This document shows positions 12,660 to 25,507 of a stretch of DNA of 64,000 bases, piece after piece. The notes under the pieces were generated by a model. The model was not told the origin of the DNA. It ran no database searches and worked only from the letters and a program-made list of their open reading frames with translations. The DNA lies in contig NW_021836315.1 in the NCBI RefSeq assembly GCF_006345805.1, positions 1-64,000 of the forward strand, written 5' to 3'. This DNA comes from Octopus sinensis (lineage: Eukaryota). Position numbers and translations under genes: made by a program. Position 1 is the stretch's first letter. Each line of letters opens with the position of its first letter.

Positions 12660-12949
12660 GCATTTAGTTACCCGTATATATTCATATATATTTTCACACA
12701 CACACATATATATGTATATTAGGTATATCTTAAAAGTGCGCTGTGTGCAAAAGTGCATCCAAATGTTGCAAATTTGTGCCAACACAAATGTAAAATCAAA
12801 TATAAGTATGTTCTCGACATAAATATTAGTTGATGCCGTATGACCATATAAAAATAAACGGAATTATTTTAAAGAGATCTTGTCTGAAAACCTGTGCTAT
12901 GATTGCACACATCCTTGGTGTTTTTCCGCAAATTAAAAGAAAAAACAAA

Positions 12950-13445
12950 CACTATTTCTTACCAGAAATATGGCATCAGTGGTGCTTTTCCCTGGCACAA
13001 ACTTAAACTGCATCTCATCTGAACTGACTCTCTCTCTAATTAGTTGGGCTATGACCCTCTTCGTAACCTTCATTACCTGATCCAACAGCTTGATACTCTG
13101 TAATTATTTGTACCTAAAGCGTCACCTTTACCTTTGTAGCAGTTGACTATGGCGCTGCTACACCAGTCATTGAATACTCTTTCGTGTATCACCTCGTTAA
13201 CTATACAGGTGACTAGGCTATAGCCGACCTGCCAGATATTTTTGAGCATCTCTGCAATGATATCTGAGGGCTGGGGGCTTTCCCTGTCGGCATACTCTTA
13301 ATTGCTTTATCTACCAAGGTACTGTCAACTCAGATAGCTGGTTCCTCTGTTGGGTCAACATTCGGCAGACTCTCTTCTCCCATTCATTCTCTTTATTGAG
13401 CAACCTTTCATGGGGCATCTCCAAACCTCCTCTTTGCAGCCCAAA
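12950..13445 (-). mobile_element. RTE-clade LINE reverse-transcriptase fragment
   Basis: Minus translation across stops and frameshifts: LVDKAIKSMPTGKAP..IIAEMLK; DWCSSAIVNCYKGKGDAL..NNYR; KVTKRVIAQLIRER; DEMQFKFVPGKSTTDAIFLVR. Confidence 0.85.
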
Positions 13446-13764
13446 CTCATGTTTCTCGGATCAGTCCCAATACACCTTGGGAATGTTTATTCCTGGTGTA
13501 ATCTCGACCCGTCCAGATATGTATGAGTGCATTTGGAAGAGAAGCTAAGGGAAACTCATCGTGAGTGTGCGGCTGTGTATATTTGTGCTTGCGTATGAAC
13601 TCAACCATCACGTAACTACTAGTGTTGGTGTGTTTCGGCAAAAAGCAAGGATATAATATGTACGATGTTTAAAAAAGGCAATGCGTACAGTTTTCAATTC
13701 GTTCGACTTTAACCATTTAGCCATAACGGTTTTGACTTACAGTTTCAATATCATTAACTGATCA

Positions 13765-14815
13765 ATTACTGAAATATGTAATCTTGACAGAAAATTATGG
13801 AAATTGATGACAATTCATATGATGCACCACCCTAAGGCAGATATAGAACGGCTTTACCCGCCAAAGAAAGAGGGTGGCCGTGGAATTTTGCAACAGGAAT
13901 TGACAATGATGATTGCCACTATTGGCCTGAAAATCTACATGAAAAACTCTAAGGGCTAATTGGATAGAAACCAAACTAGATAAAATCCAAGTAGATTATG
14001 CAAATCGTCTTGTCCGAGATACGGATATGGTGCCTGTAGAGCTCCACGTCTCGGGCGGCGACTGGTGCACTCTCGGCGGCCCTGGAAAATCCGTGTCCGA
14101 AACGATTCGCAGCTCTCAATACGGTTCGTACCCACCATCAGCAGCAGGTCTCCAAGGTATACAGCCTCTCGTCGATAGTGCCAATGTAGATTATGCAAAT
14201 CAAAAGAGGAAAGCGTTAATCATATTTGAAATGAATGTAGCATAGTCACGCAGAAAGAATACAAGAAAAGACATGACAATCTAGGGAGAACAATCCATTG
14301 GAAGCTTTGTAGAAAGCTAGGATTTGAACATATAGATGAATAGTATGAACACGAACCCAGTAAATAACTAGAAAGTAAGAAATACAAGATGTCGTAGGAC
14401 TTTAATATTCAAACGGCTAGAACAATAGAAGCTAGAAAGCCTTAATATGGTAGTAGTGGAGAAAGGGAATATGGCGGGTCATTGACTTTATAGTCCCAAA
14501 TAAGGAAAAAAATAATATGACAAATATAGAAAAAATAGCAAAGTACCGGGACCTAGTTATTGAATTACAGAGATTATGGAAAGTGCGGGTAAAATGTATC
14601 CCAGTAGTTATAGGTGCATTTGGAACTATCCCTAAAGATCTGAACAGATGGGTAGAGGAAATAGGCCTAAAACCCAGTGTAGTACAGCTGCAAGAACAGT
14701 GTTATTAGGGACAGCAAGGATACTTTGGAGGGTTCTTGGCAGCCAAGGTTTTTTGCTGTAACCCGATAGGAGGGTTATTGGCATCTAAGGCAACTTGTAG
14801 CCCGAAGTTAGGATA
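13765..14815 (+). mobile_element. R4/Dong-type (restriction-like endonuclease) LINE 3' fragment
   Basis: LDRKLWKLMTIHMMHHPKADIERLYPPKKEGGRG; CRLCKSKEESVNHI..C (CCHC); RHDNLGRTIHWKLC; EKIAKYRDLVIELQRLWKV..IPVVIGAFGTIPK. Confidence 0.9.
14007..14189 (+). rRNA. 28S (LSU) rRNA-derived fragment (retroposed pseudo-fragment, sense orientation)
   Basis: CACTCTCGGCGGCCCTGGAAAATCCG and CGTACCCACCATCAGCAGCAGGTCTCCAAGGTATACAGCCTCTCGTCGATAGTGCCAATGTAG resemble conserved eukaryotic LSU sequence (GAGCTCTCGCTGGCCCTTGAAAATCCG; CGTACCCATATCCGCAGCAGGTCTCCAAGGTGAACAGCCTCT...CAATGTAG, from memory); flanked by a 16-bp direct repeat. Confidence 0.85.
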
Positions 14816-14869
14816 CTTACTTTTCTTTTTCAACAGTCTAATCTTATGAGTGTACATATATGATAATAA

Positions 14870-15091
14870 TGATGATGGTTTCAAATTTTGTTGCGAGAGC
14901 TGCAACTTTGGATGAGAAGATGAGTCGATTACCTCGACCCCAGTGTTTTTAGCCGGTACTTCATTTATGGAACCCCAAAAGATGAATAGCAAAGTCGACC
15001 TTCGTTGGCTTTGAACTCGGAACGTGGAGATATGCGATATACCGTTGAGCATTTCGTCCAGCGTGCTAATGATTCTGCCAACCCGCCACCT
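14870..15091 (-). mobile_element. SINE family B (tail type 2)
   Basis: GTCGATTACCTCGACCC...AAAGTCGACC...TTTGAACTCGGAACG...CTGCCAACCCGCCACCT. Confidence 0.8.
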
Positions 15092-15424
15092 AGGTAATAA
15101 TAATAATAACAATAACAATAAGAAGAAGAAGGAGAAGAAGAATGCCCTGAATCAGTATCAGGGAGTGACTCTCATGGCTTTTCATCTTAACTAGCTGGAA
15201 GTGTTATCATGTACATTGTTTTGTCTTGGTCTAAGCGATGGTCTACAGCATAAATTCTGCTCAATACCATAGACTTACTTGTCAGTTGTTTGACCAAAAC
15301 CAGTTGAGCTTGTCCCTTAGTGACTGATGATATGTGAATCTCTGATCACGAGCAGAAGTAGTGGGGGAGCATCACAGCCGTGAGCATCACAGCTAGGAAT
15401 TCTTTGGGGTTTGGAGACTCTTTC

Positions 15425-15504
15425 GAAATAACAGCAACAGCGACAACAAAAACAACAACAACAATGATAATAATAACAGCAACAACAATAATAATAAAAA
15501 TACC

Positions 15505-15542
<38 letters not shown>

Positions 15543-15675
15543 TAACTACATCAACAATAACAAATTCGATTGCGATGATTTAAGAATGCAGTAATAATAG
15601 CAGCTGCAGGTGCAACAGAAGCAGCAGAAATAAAACTAGTAGCAGCAGTAGCAGCAGCAGCAGTAGTAGCAGCAG
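15425..15675. repeat. (AAC)n/(AAT)n/(AGC)n trinucleotide repeats
   Basis: Direct observation. Confidence 0.9.
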
Positions 15676-16297
15676 CAGCTGCCAGAAAATCAGGTGAAGT
15701 TTGTGTAGTAGAAACACCATGACTTCAGACTTGTTTTGATAATCACTTGTAAATTATGGCTTTGTGTATTCTCTTATACTCAAATATTGACAAATATAAA
15801 TCATTAATGTCTTCAGAGATTGAAGAATAACAGTAATTCGCATAAGTACAAGAAATATGCTTGCATACACCAGACGAGGCAAACTTAATAATACAAGCAA
15901 AGATATTGAATAATTACGTACATAGAAAAACGTACAAGAGTGAGCAGTGAGAAATCTGTGAATACAGTCTATAATTCCCATTAGGAAAATAGTAAAATTT
16001 TCCACTGGTTTCCTTAAGAATGTCATTACTAAAAGACGAAATATGAAAATAAACTATGCTGAAATCCATTGTCAACAGAACTAATTCCAATTAAATATAC
16101 GAACACCGACAGAACAATATACGCAGTGTAACCTATTTAAACGGAATCTGTAATAAGTTGTTTAAGTAAAACTTTGTAGTAACATTCCTGTTGCAACCAA
16201 ACGTGTAACACTCGACAGGTGTATGAATTCCATGATGTCTCATTGCCTCATGTTACTGGGAAATAACATAGAATATTATATGTTATAGGTGAAGATA

Positions 16298-16797
16298 GTG
16301 AAGGAGCAATGGCCCAGTGGTTAGGGCAGCGAACTCGCGGTCGTAGGATCACGGTTTCGATTCCCAGACCAGACATTGTGACTATTTATTGAGTGAAAAC
16401 GCCTAAAGCTCCACGAAGCTCCGGGAGGGGTGGTGGTGAACCCTGCTGTACTCATTCACCACAACTTTCTCTCACTCTTTCTTCCTGTTTGTGTTGTACC
16501 TGTATTTCAAAGGGCCAGCCTTGTCACACTCTGTTTCACGCTGAATTTCCCCAAGAACTACGTTACGGGTACACGTGTCTGTGGAGTGCTCAGCCACTTG
16601 CACGTTAATAGATTAGCTGCAAAGCCAATGGTGCCAAGCTGTATCTACCTTTGCCTTTCCCTTGGGTAACATCGGTGCCGTGGAGAGGGGAGGATGGTAT
16701 GCGTGGCCGACTGCTGGTCTTCGATAAACAACCTTGCCCAGACTTGTGACACGGAGGGTAACTTTCTAGGTGTAATCCCATGGTCATTCGTGATCAA
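16298..16797 (+). mobile_element. SINE family C with an alternative 3' tail
   Basis: A-box TGGCCCAGTGG, B-box GTTTCGATTCC; matches the 52317 copy to ~16615, then a different tail (GGTGCCAAGCTGTATC...CCCATGGTCATTC). Confidence 0.85.
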
Positions 16798-17225
16798 AGT
16801 GTGTCACAATACGTGAAAATAATTGCTTTAAGCTATGATCTATTGTATATATGATGGCTTTAGAGAGTTTTTAGAGGGGTAGATTAAATTAACTACCTTG
16901 TTTATTTAGGCCCTGTGCGTTTTGAGTTCAAATCCTCTTAATATCCACGGTCTATAAATGAAGTAGCGGTCAAAGGTAAATAGAGTATCTTCTCCCTTAC
17001 ATTGACTGGTACAATAACATGCATTATCTGAACCGTCTATTTTTATTCTATTTTTATTGTCAGGTTCCACAAAATAGAGCGAAAAGCGCCTTCCAATGAC
17101 CTAAGTCTCATGCCTAAAAAATGTGAAAGCGAAGCGATAAGAAGTATATTTACCTCAACACACAGAGACCAAACACACCACTACATATATAGATATATAT
17201 ATATATAGATATATATATTATAATA

Positions 17226-17594
17226 CTAGCAAGTATCGCCCGGCGTTGCTCGGGTTGTAAGGGAATAACTATAAAGCATTTTAGAGAGTTATAGCCAAAA
17301 AATGGAAAAAAATGATGGTAATTTCTTTTTTAGTTAAAAAGGTCGAGTTGCGTCCCCTAGACAGTCTGTGGTTTGTGTTTCTGATTCTCGACCCCATGTC
17401 GAATTTATCGATTTTTTTTCAAACTGGGGGAACTTTTCAAAATTTTCGCTGCGTTAGTTTTGAATTATGACATTGGGCTATGTGTGTGTCAAGTTTTCAT
17501 CAGAATCGGTTGAAAGCCATGGTCAGGGTGAGGGTACAACCTAACAGACACACAGAAACACACACAGACAAACTGCCGTTTATATATAGAGAGA
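17226..17594 (-). mobile_element. non-autonomous Helitron (variant 5' half)
   Basis: Minus strand A|TCTCTCTATATATAAAC ... CCCGAGCAACGCCGGG hairpin ... CTAG|T. Confidence 0.85.
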
Positions 17595-17914
17595 TATATA
17601 TAAATTCAGGGTGAATACTTGATAAATGTAAGCACCTGTATATGCCAGCTAGTAGTTTTCCACTATTGAATGGGAAAACTGTATGGACGGATTTTTGGAG
17701 TCCAATAATACCCTGTACAACTATTTGATTATGAAGATTTACAAACATACTTTCTATAAATAATACCAAATGTTCTTTCTCAGACCTTTCAGAATGTGCT
17801 ACAAGTCTTTGGTGTAGCAATTGCATGCGGCTGAAGAGGGCTGTAAACTATCTGTTATGTCGATCATACATTGATGTAAGAATAAGTTGTTTTATAAAGC
17901 TCGAAACATGTGTA

Positions 17915-20797
17915 CCCCTGGCCAGATCCTAGCGGTGATCTTTTTCGCGGGCGCTTGTCAGCGTGCATTGGAGCGGTTCAACTTCTCCAGGCGCCAACGC
18001 CGCCTCACAACATCTCCCCGGCTGAGCTCTTGGCTCTTCGTTCCCTCAACGGCGCGCTGACATTATCATCAAACCGGCTGACAAGGGTGGAGCTGTAGTG
18101 GTGTGGCGCGCGGACCTCTATAGGGCCGAGGCTTTCCGCCAACTCAATGACCCTCCTTCTATTCCCCTCTGCCCTCTAACCCCACACGTAGCTACCAACA
18201 GACGGTATCCTCTACTGTCCAAGACCTCATCTCGTCCTCCCGTCTACCCCGCACCCGCACCGCATCCAACCTAATTGTGCGAACCCCCACGTACCCCCAC
18301 ACATTTACTTCCTCCCCAAAATCCACAAACAAACCCAACCACCCTGGCCGCCCCATCGTCTCCGCCTGTAACTGCCCCACGGAGCTCATATCTAAATACC
18401 TCGACCGTGTCCTTGCCCCCCCTGGTGGCATCTCTTCCCTCCCACATCCACGATACCAACCATGCTCTCCGGCTTTTCAACTCTTTCTCCTTTCCTCCCG
18501 GCTCCTCCAAATCCTTTTTACTATGGACATCCCAAGCCTCTATACTGTTATCCCTCACCACGAAGGACTGCAGGCCCTTCGACACTTTCTTGACCTCCGC
18601 TCTAACCTGTACCCTGACACCTCCACACTCATTCGTCTGGCCGAACTTGTCCTTACTCTGAACTGCTTCTCGTTCGCGGGCGAGTTCTACCATCAGGTCT
18701 CGGAGTGGCAATGGGAACGCGAATGGGCCCCAACTATGCGAACCTGTTCGTTGGCTATGTTGAGGCCCAAATATCTCTCTAATTTCTCACTGTTCCCACT
18801 CCTGAACTATATGGTCGTTACATCGACGACATTATCGGTGCCACCCGTCACTCTCCCGCGAACATCTAGATTCTTCCTCCTTTCGTCCAATCTTTCATCC
18901 AGCCCTCCACTTCACTTCCACTATCTCCAACACCTCTGTCTCTTCCTCGACATTTCGTTAGCATTCTTCACTCCCTCCTTACCACCCTCCATTCACTACA
19001 AACACACAGACTCACACTCATACCTCAACTTCTCTTCCTCCCACCCCACACACCAAGCTTTCCATCCCCTATTCCCATTTCCTCCGTCTACGTAGGCTCT
19101 GTAGTGACGACCATGACTTTGAGACTCATTCTCAACGTATGGCTCACACTTCACCCTACGTGGATACCACCCTCACCACTATCCACACCGCCCTTCCAGA
19201 GCACGGTCCGTGGATCGTGTATCTGCTCTCTCTCCCCGAACCCGCCCTGTAGTCTCCCGCCTCCCTTTTCCCCCACTTACCACCCCACGACCCTACGTCT
19301 CCAACGCACCATTCTTCGAGCTTTCCGTCATCTCCAGTCCGACCCGTCCACTTCACACCTCTTCCCTAACCGACCCCTCCCCCTGCCCAACGAGCCCACA
19401 ACCTTCGAGACCTTTTGTCCATAGCTCCTTCCCTGGCCCTACCCTCCCAACCCGGCTCGTTCCCCTGCTCCCGCCCACGTTGCCGCACTTGCCCTTACCT
19501 CTCCAACACCACCCGCCTCACTAGCACCCCCCATCGACCCTATCCCATCATCCACTCCTTCACCTGCACCCTCCAGCAATATTATCTATGCATCTCTTGC
19601 TCTCTCTGCAACTCCTTGTACATCGGACAAACGGGACGCCGCTTGGCTGACCGGTTTCGTGGAACACCTTCGTGACATCCACCTTGCGAACGACACACCG
19701 TCTCACGCCATTCCCGCTCCACCGGTCACTCCTTGCAACACCTATCTGTGTTCGGTTTGTCCTTACACAGAGGCCATCCGGATTCCCGTTTGCGCCGTGA
19801 ACAAGAATTAATCTTCTCTCTTCGCTCTTATACGCCATTTGTGGTCTCAACTCTCCCCCCCTCCTCATCTAACCCACCCTTCCCCCTCCTCACCTATCCT
19901 TTCTCCCCCCCGAACCCTACTTCTTCGTCCTTCATCCTTTCACCCCTACTCCCCTTCCCTTCTTCCCTCTTTCTCCCTCCCTCTTCCCCTTCCCTCTGCT
20001 CCTCTCTCCCCTTCCTTCTCCCCCATCCTCCTCTCCTCTTCCCCCTTCTCCCCCCTTCTTCCCCTCCCCTTCTCTCCCCCTCTTCTCCCCCCTCCCCCCC
20101 CTTCCTTTTCTCACTACACCACATGACTTTACACATCACATCACATATGATGTGCCATACTAATACACACACACCACTATACATACTAATACGTACTAAT
20201 ACTTACTAGTACATACTAATACTTACACCAACCCTATACATACACACGTCCCAGACCCCCATACGCACTTATACTCTCTCACACACACACACACCTATAC
20301 ATACCAATACGTACTAATACATACTAATACATACTAATACATACACCAACCCCATACATACGCACGTCCAGACCAATCCTACGCACTAATACTCTCTCAT
20401 ACACACACACCACACACACACACACACCCTTATACATACTAATACATACACCAACCCTATACATACACACATCCAGAACCCTCCCACGCACTTTTAGCTG
20501 GTCCCTCAACCCTTTTATCACCCTATTATCTCCCCTTATTTCGCTCTCGCGTCTCATGTTTGATCTTTGACCTCTGGCCGAAATCAGATCGCCATGTTGA
20601 TTCGTTAGCTACTGCACGCATTTTTTTTTCCTCCTTCTTTCTGTGTTTTTCTCTCTCTGTTATCTTTCTGTTGAAGAGCGTAGGCTCGAAACGTTAAAGA
20701 CTTGTTTTATTTAATTCCTGAGCGCCATACTAATACAATTGTTCGTTTGTTTTTCCCACCTGCCTTCGTCTTTTGTTTATTTTCATAAAGCTTCCCG

Positions 20798-20798
<1 letters not shown>
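17915..20798 (+). mobile_element. Penelope-like element (Neptune-like), near-complete RT + GIY-YIG, frameshifted
   Basis: IIIKPADKGGAVVVW; LPKIHK..PGRPIVSACNCPTELISKYLD; TMDIPSLYT; MGTRMGPNYANLFVGY; YGRYIDDII (18810-18839); KHTDSHSYLNFSSSHP; CSRPRCRTCPY; LYIGQTGRRLADRF; C/T-rich tail. Confidence 0.95.
20663..20700 (+). ncRNA. hammerhead-like motif with variant core (CUGUUGA)
   Basis: TCTTT-CTGTTGA-A-GAGC-GTAG-GCTC-GAAA-CG-TT|AAAGA; stems I and II perfectly paired. Confidence 0.65.
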
Positions 20799-20830
<32 letters not shown>

Positions 20831-21071
20831 ATATATGTGTGTGTATATGTATTATGTATATATATGTATATATATAATATATATGTGTATATGTATGTAT
20901 GTATATTATATATATGTGTGTGTGTATTGTATTATTGTTATATATATATATATATATATATTGTGTGTGTTGTATATAATATATTATATAATATATATAT
21001 ATATTGTGTATAAGTATGTTGTATATATATATATATTATATTATAATATATATATATGTGTGTATATGTAG

Positions 21072-21106
<35 letters not shown>

Positions 21107-21676
21107 ATATGTATGTATGTATATATATATATATATTGTGTATATTTGTATGTATTTATATATATATATATATATATATATGGTGTATATGTATGTATAT
21201 ATATATATATATGTGTTATATGTATGTATGTATATATATATATATGTGTGTATATGTATGTATGTATATATATTATATATAATATATATATAATATGTAT
21301 ATGTCGGTATATATATATATATATGTGTATATGTATGTATAGATATATATATATATGTGTGTGTATATGTATGTATATATATATATATGTGTGTATATGT
21401 ATGTATATATATATATATATATATAATATTATATGTATGTGTATGTATATATATATGTGTATATTATGTATGTGTATATATATATATAATATGTGTATAT
21501 GTATGTATCTATATATATATATATATCTATATATGTGTATATGTATGTATCTATATATATATATATAATAATATTATGTGTATATGTATGTATGTATATA
21601 TATAATATATATATATATATATGTGGTATATGTATGTATGTATATCTATATATATATATAATATGTGTATATGTAT

Positions 21677-21713
<37 letters not shown>

Positions 21714-22001
21714 TATATATGTATATGTATATGTATGTTCTATATATATAATATGTATATGTATGTATCTATATATATAATTATTATCTATATATATATA
21801 TATATATATTCTATCAAAGTATCAAAGTATCAAGTATATATGTGTATATGTATGTATGTATATATATATATATTATATATATATATGTGTGTATATGTTA
21901 TTATGGATTTTATGTATGTATAATATATATATATATATATATGTGTGTGTATATGTATGTATGTATATATATATATATAATATATATGTTGTATATGTAT
22001 G

Positions 22002-22036
<35 letters not shown>

Positions 22037-22156
22037 ATATGTAGTATGTATAATATCTATATATATATTATATAATATATATATGTATATGTATGTATGT
22101 ATATATATATATAGATATATATATGTGTGTATGTATGTATGTATATATATATATAC
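20798..22156. repeat. ~1.35-kb (TA/TG/TATG)n microsatellite
   Basis: Direct observation. Confidence 0.97.
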
Positions 22157-24334
22157 TCGTCTGTATATTTAAGTAGCTGGAGACTATAGTTCTTCGCAAT
22201 ATATATATATAGCCAAAAATAATTTTTAATGAATTGCGATTATGACCGTTTTGAGAAGAAAATCCATTAGTCTTAATAGAAATTATGAAGACGCCTATCT
22301 TCCACAAATGAATTATGTATTGTTAAGTCTCCGCATTCGATTCGGGCTTATTGGGAACATGCTATGAAAGAAATTTTTGTATTGTATGAACACTTTAAGG
22401 ATGCTGTTTTAAAGTTGATATATAACTTTTAAATAAGTCAAATAAATACTTTTTTCCATAATGTAGAATTGTAATCCATAATTTGGAGGCACATATAATG
22501 TGTTTCCTTTATGCAAATTATCAATTTGCAAAAATGGCAACAATTATTATTAAGCATTATACATTATTATGTATAATATTATACATTCTTTGGCAACGTA
22601 TTTATGAGTAAAATTTCAGTAATTATCAGCGTGTCAAACGCAAGATGTTTTTGTTTACTATTTTACTTGTTATTTAATGTAACACCGGCCTCAGGTGGTA
22701 AGTAATACTCTTTCGATTGATTAAAATCTGAAGGAGGGAACACTACATACATAAATACACATTAGCCAACGTAACTCTAGATATATTTGAAAGCTGAAGC
22801 GTTTCATTAGAACATCAATGATTTTGAATTTCAACCTTGATATTTGAATTGCAACCAGCATAATTATGACAGTTTATTTTATATGAAACATGTAATATCA
22901 GATACGGAGATAATTAACACTTATGCGTTATATATATATATATTATATTAAATTTATATATATATAAATATATAATGGTACTAATTTTGTGTACTTAAAT
23001 GTAGATATTATGGAAATAAACACCTTATTAGCTTATTAAATGTGATAAATTCCTGCAAGCTACAAAGGAACTTGTATTCAGTGACATTCATTTTTAAGGG
23101 GAAACCTAATTTATACTTTGTGAACTTATTTATATTGGCAATTAAGTTATTCTCCTATTTTCCATTGCTTCATATTGTATTTATTTGGAATTGTTGTAGC
23201 TATGCGTATATCTGGAAATATCATCATATAACGACACCTTCAATAGAATGTAAACGAGTAAGTTATATTCGAACGTTTATGTATACATACATATATATAT
23301 ATATATATATACATATATACATATATATATATATATACATACATATATAATAAATATATATATATATATAATAAATATATATATATAAAGTTATATATAT
23401 ACAGTGTGTGTATGTATACTTATGTATGTATATATATATATATATAATTATTATATATATACAGGTGTGTGTATGTATAATTATGTATATGTATATATAG
23501 TATATATCTATATATATATATATATATGTGTGTGTGTGGTGTGTGTGTGTATTTGTGCAAATCAATGATTGCCACCCATTAAATACTAACAAATACATCA
23601 GTTAAGTTAATGCTTGATGAGAACATGGATTCGCGGAGGGACCTACTTTTAAGCATCGCGATTTTTGAGGAGGATCGAACCACCCCTTAGTCATTATTTC
23701 TCCCTAACCCTCTCTAACGCAGATCAGTAGCCCTTGTCAGGGTCACAATTATGGGTGAATTATCATATTAGTGTTTGCATAGCTATGTATGTGAAGACCA
23801 GATCCGGTTGACTCTGCAGAAGAAACCTTCAGGGTTCAACATACTTAAAGGGCTGCTGCAGTAATACATTGCACGATGGAGAAAAAAACCAGTCAAGCAG
23901 AACTCGGTCATTCAATGCGTTACTGTCCATGCACGGTCTCCTTGAGCTGGTTTTCCACTGGATTAAAGATGGACACGCATGAGTGAGTATGTTTAACGTT
24001 GTTTAACTCTTGTCCAATTTGAATAAATTCACGGCGCAAGTCATCAGTCAAACTTAAGGATATCTCGATGGCCCTCAACGTTTAGACGGACGTTCATGGT
24101 ACTGTAGATATCAGTATATTCATGTTTATTGCGGAGGAAATACAGCAAGTGTAACACCACTTGAAACGGCTTCCGAGACTGATAGAAGAGGACTTATCCT
24201 GACAATGGAAACAAGGCTCAAACACGTGCAACTGATAAAACTTTGCTAAAGAGACACAAGGCTTGCTGTTAATGTTAAAACATCAATGAGATATTATGTT
24301 CCTTTGAAATATTATATTTCTTTGAAATATGTTT

Positions 24335-24364
24335 CTCTATTATTATTATTACTATTATCATCAC

Positions 24365-24412
<48 letters not shown>

Positions 24413-24576
24413 TATTATTATTATTATTATTGTTGTTATTACTGTTATTGTTATTATTATTATCATTATTATTATTGTTATTATTATTATCATTATTATT
24501 ATTGTTATTATTATCATTATTATTATCATTATCATTATTATCATCAACATCATAACTATTATTATCATTATTATCA

Positions 24577-24607
<31 letters not shown>

Positions 24608-24731
24608 TATTATAATTATTGTCATTATTATTATCATTATTATTATTATTATCATTATTATTATTATTATTATTATTATTAATAATATTATTATCATTAT
24701 TATCATTATTATTAATATTATTATTATCGTT

Positions 24732-24787
<56 letters not shown>

Positions 24788-24800
24788 TATTATTATTATC
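24335..24800. repeat. (ATT)n/(ATC)n trinucleotide array
   Basis: Direct observation; ends in a pure (CAT)n run. Confidence 0.97.
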
Positions 24801-25507
24801 ATATTGTGAAATATATACAATCGAAGTTGTATTATTTTCTGTTAAGATCAATAACAATTGTTTTCTCTACATCGGCTCATTTGCAATTAAATATTGTTAA
24901 GTTCAATAACGAACGGTTGATTATGATTCTCATACACATGGCGTAGCTATCATTTTATTCCCTTCCGATGTTCAAATAGCTTTCACCTTTCAAGTGAGAT
25001 CAAGGGCATATGAAAGATGTGGATGCAAATTTGGTGATATTTGATATAATCCGCCATTGTTGAAATAACGGCCAATAAATATAATGTATGTCTGCTTACC
25101 TATCAGTTCTTTCGCTTATCTCTGAAACCCTGTTACAGAACTTTGGAAGCATGCTCTTGTAATTCGCTGCACAAATGAAATCTTCAAGTTCTAAGGAAGC
25201 CTTTCTACAACGTTAGATATTCCCATACAATTATTATCATGCACTCCTGACAGCATATGAGATTCTGATATAGAATCCTTCGATTATTTTCACTTTTCTC
25301 TTTGTATATAGTATCAGCAATCGTTAAGTCCATGCAAACAGATATCAAACCCCAGAAATATTAATGAAATTTTGGATTCCACTCTCTTTTTAAAAGCGTA
25401 GAAAATAGGCTTTGTATCCGTTGAATACTTAAAAGGACAAAAACCAATAATGTCTTGAATTTTAATAATGTTAAACATAAGAAAACATACATCCTGTTAT
25501 ATACCAC

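Noticed and set aside
15140-15425. Probable LINE 3'-UTR repeat; a similar unassigned repeat pair lies at ~51370-51570 and ~53400-53560
   Set aside because: Looks like interspersed repeat, but family and boundaries cannot be supported from this window alone.
18192-19868. Minus-strand ORFs over the Neptune-like PLE
   Set aside because: Antisense shadows of a C-rich coding strand.
24275-24900. Poly-I/M, poly-N/D, poly-L and poly-Y ORFs
   Set aside because: All are frames of one (ATT/ATC)n array; no coding evidence.
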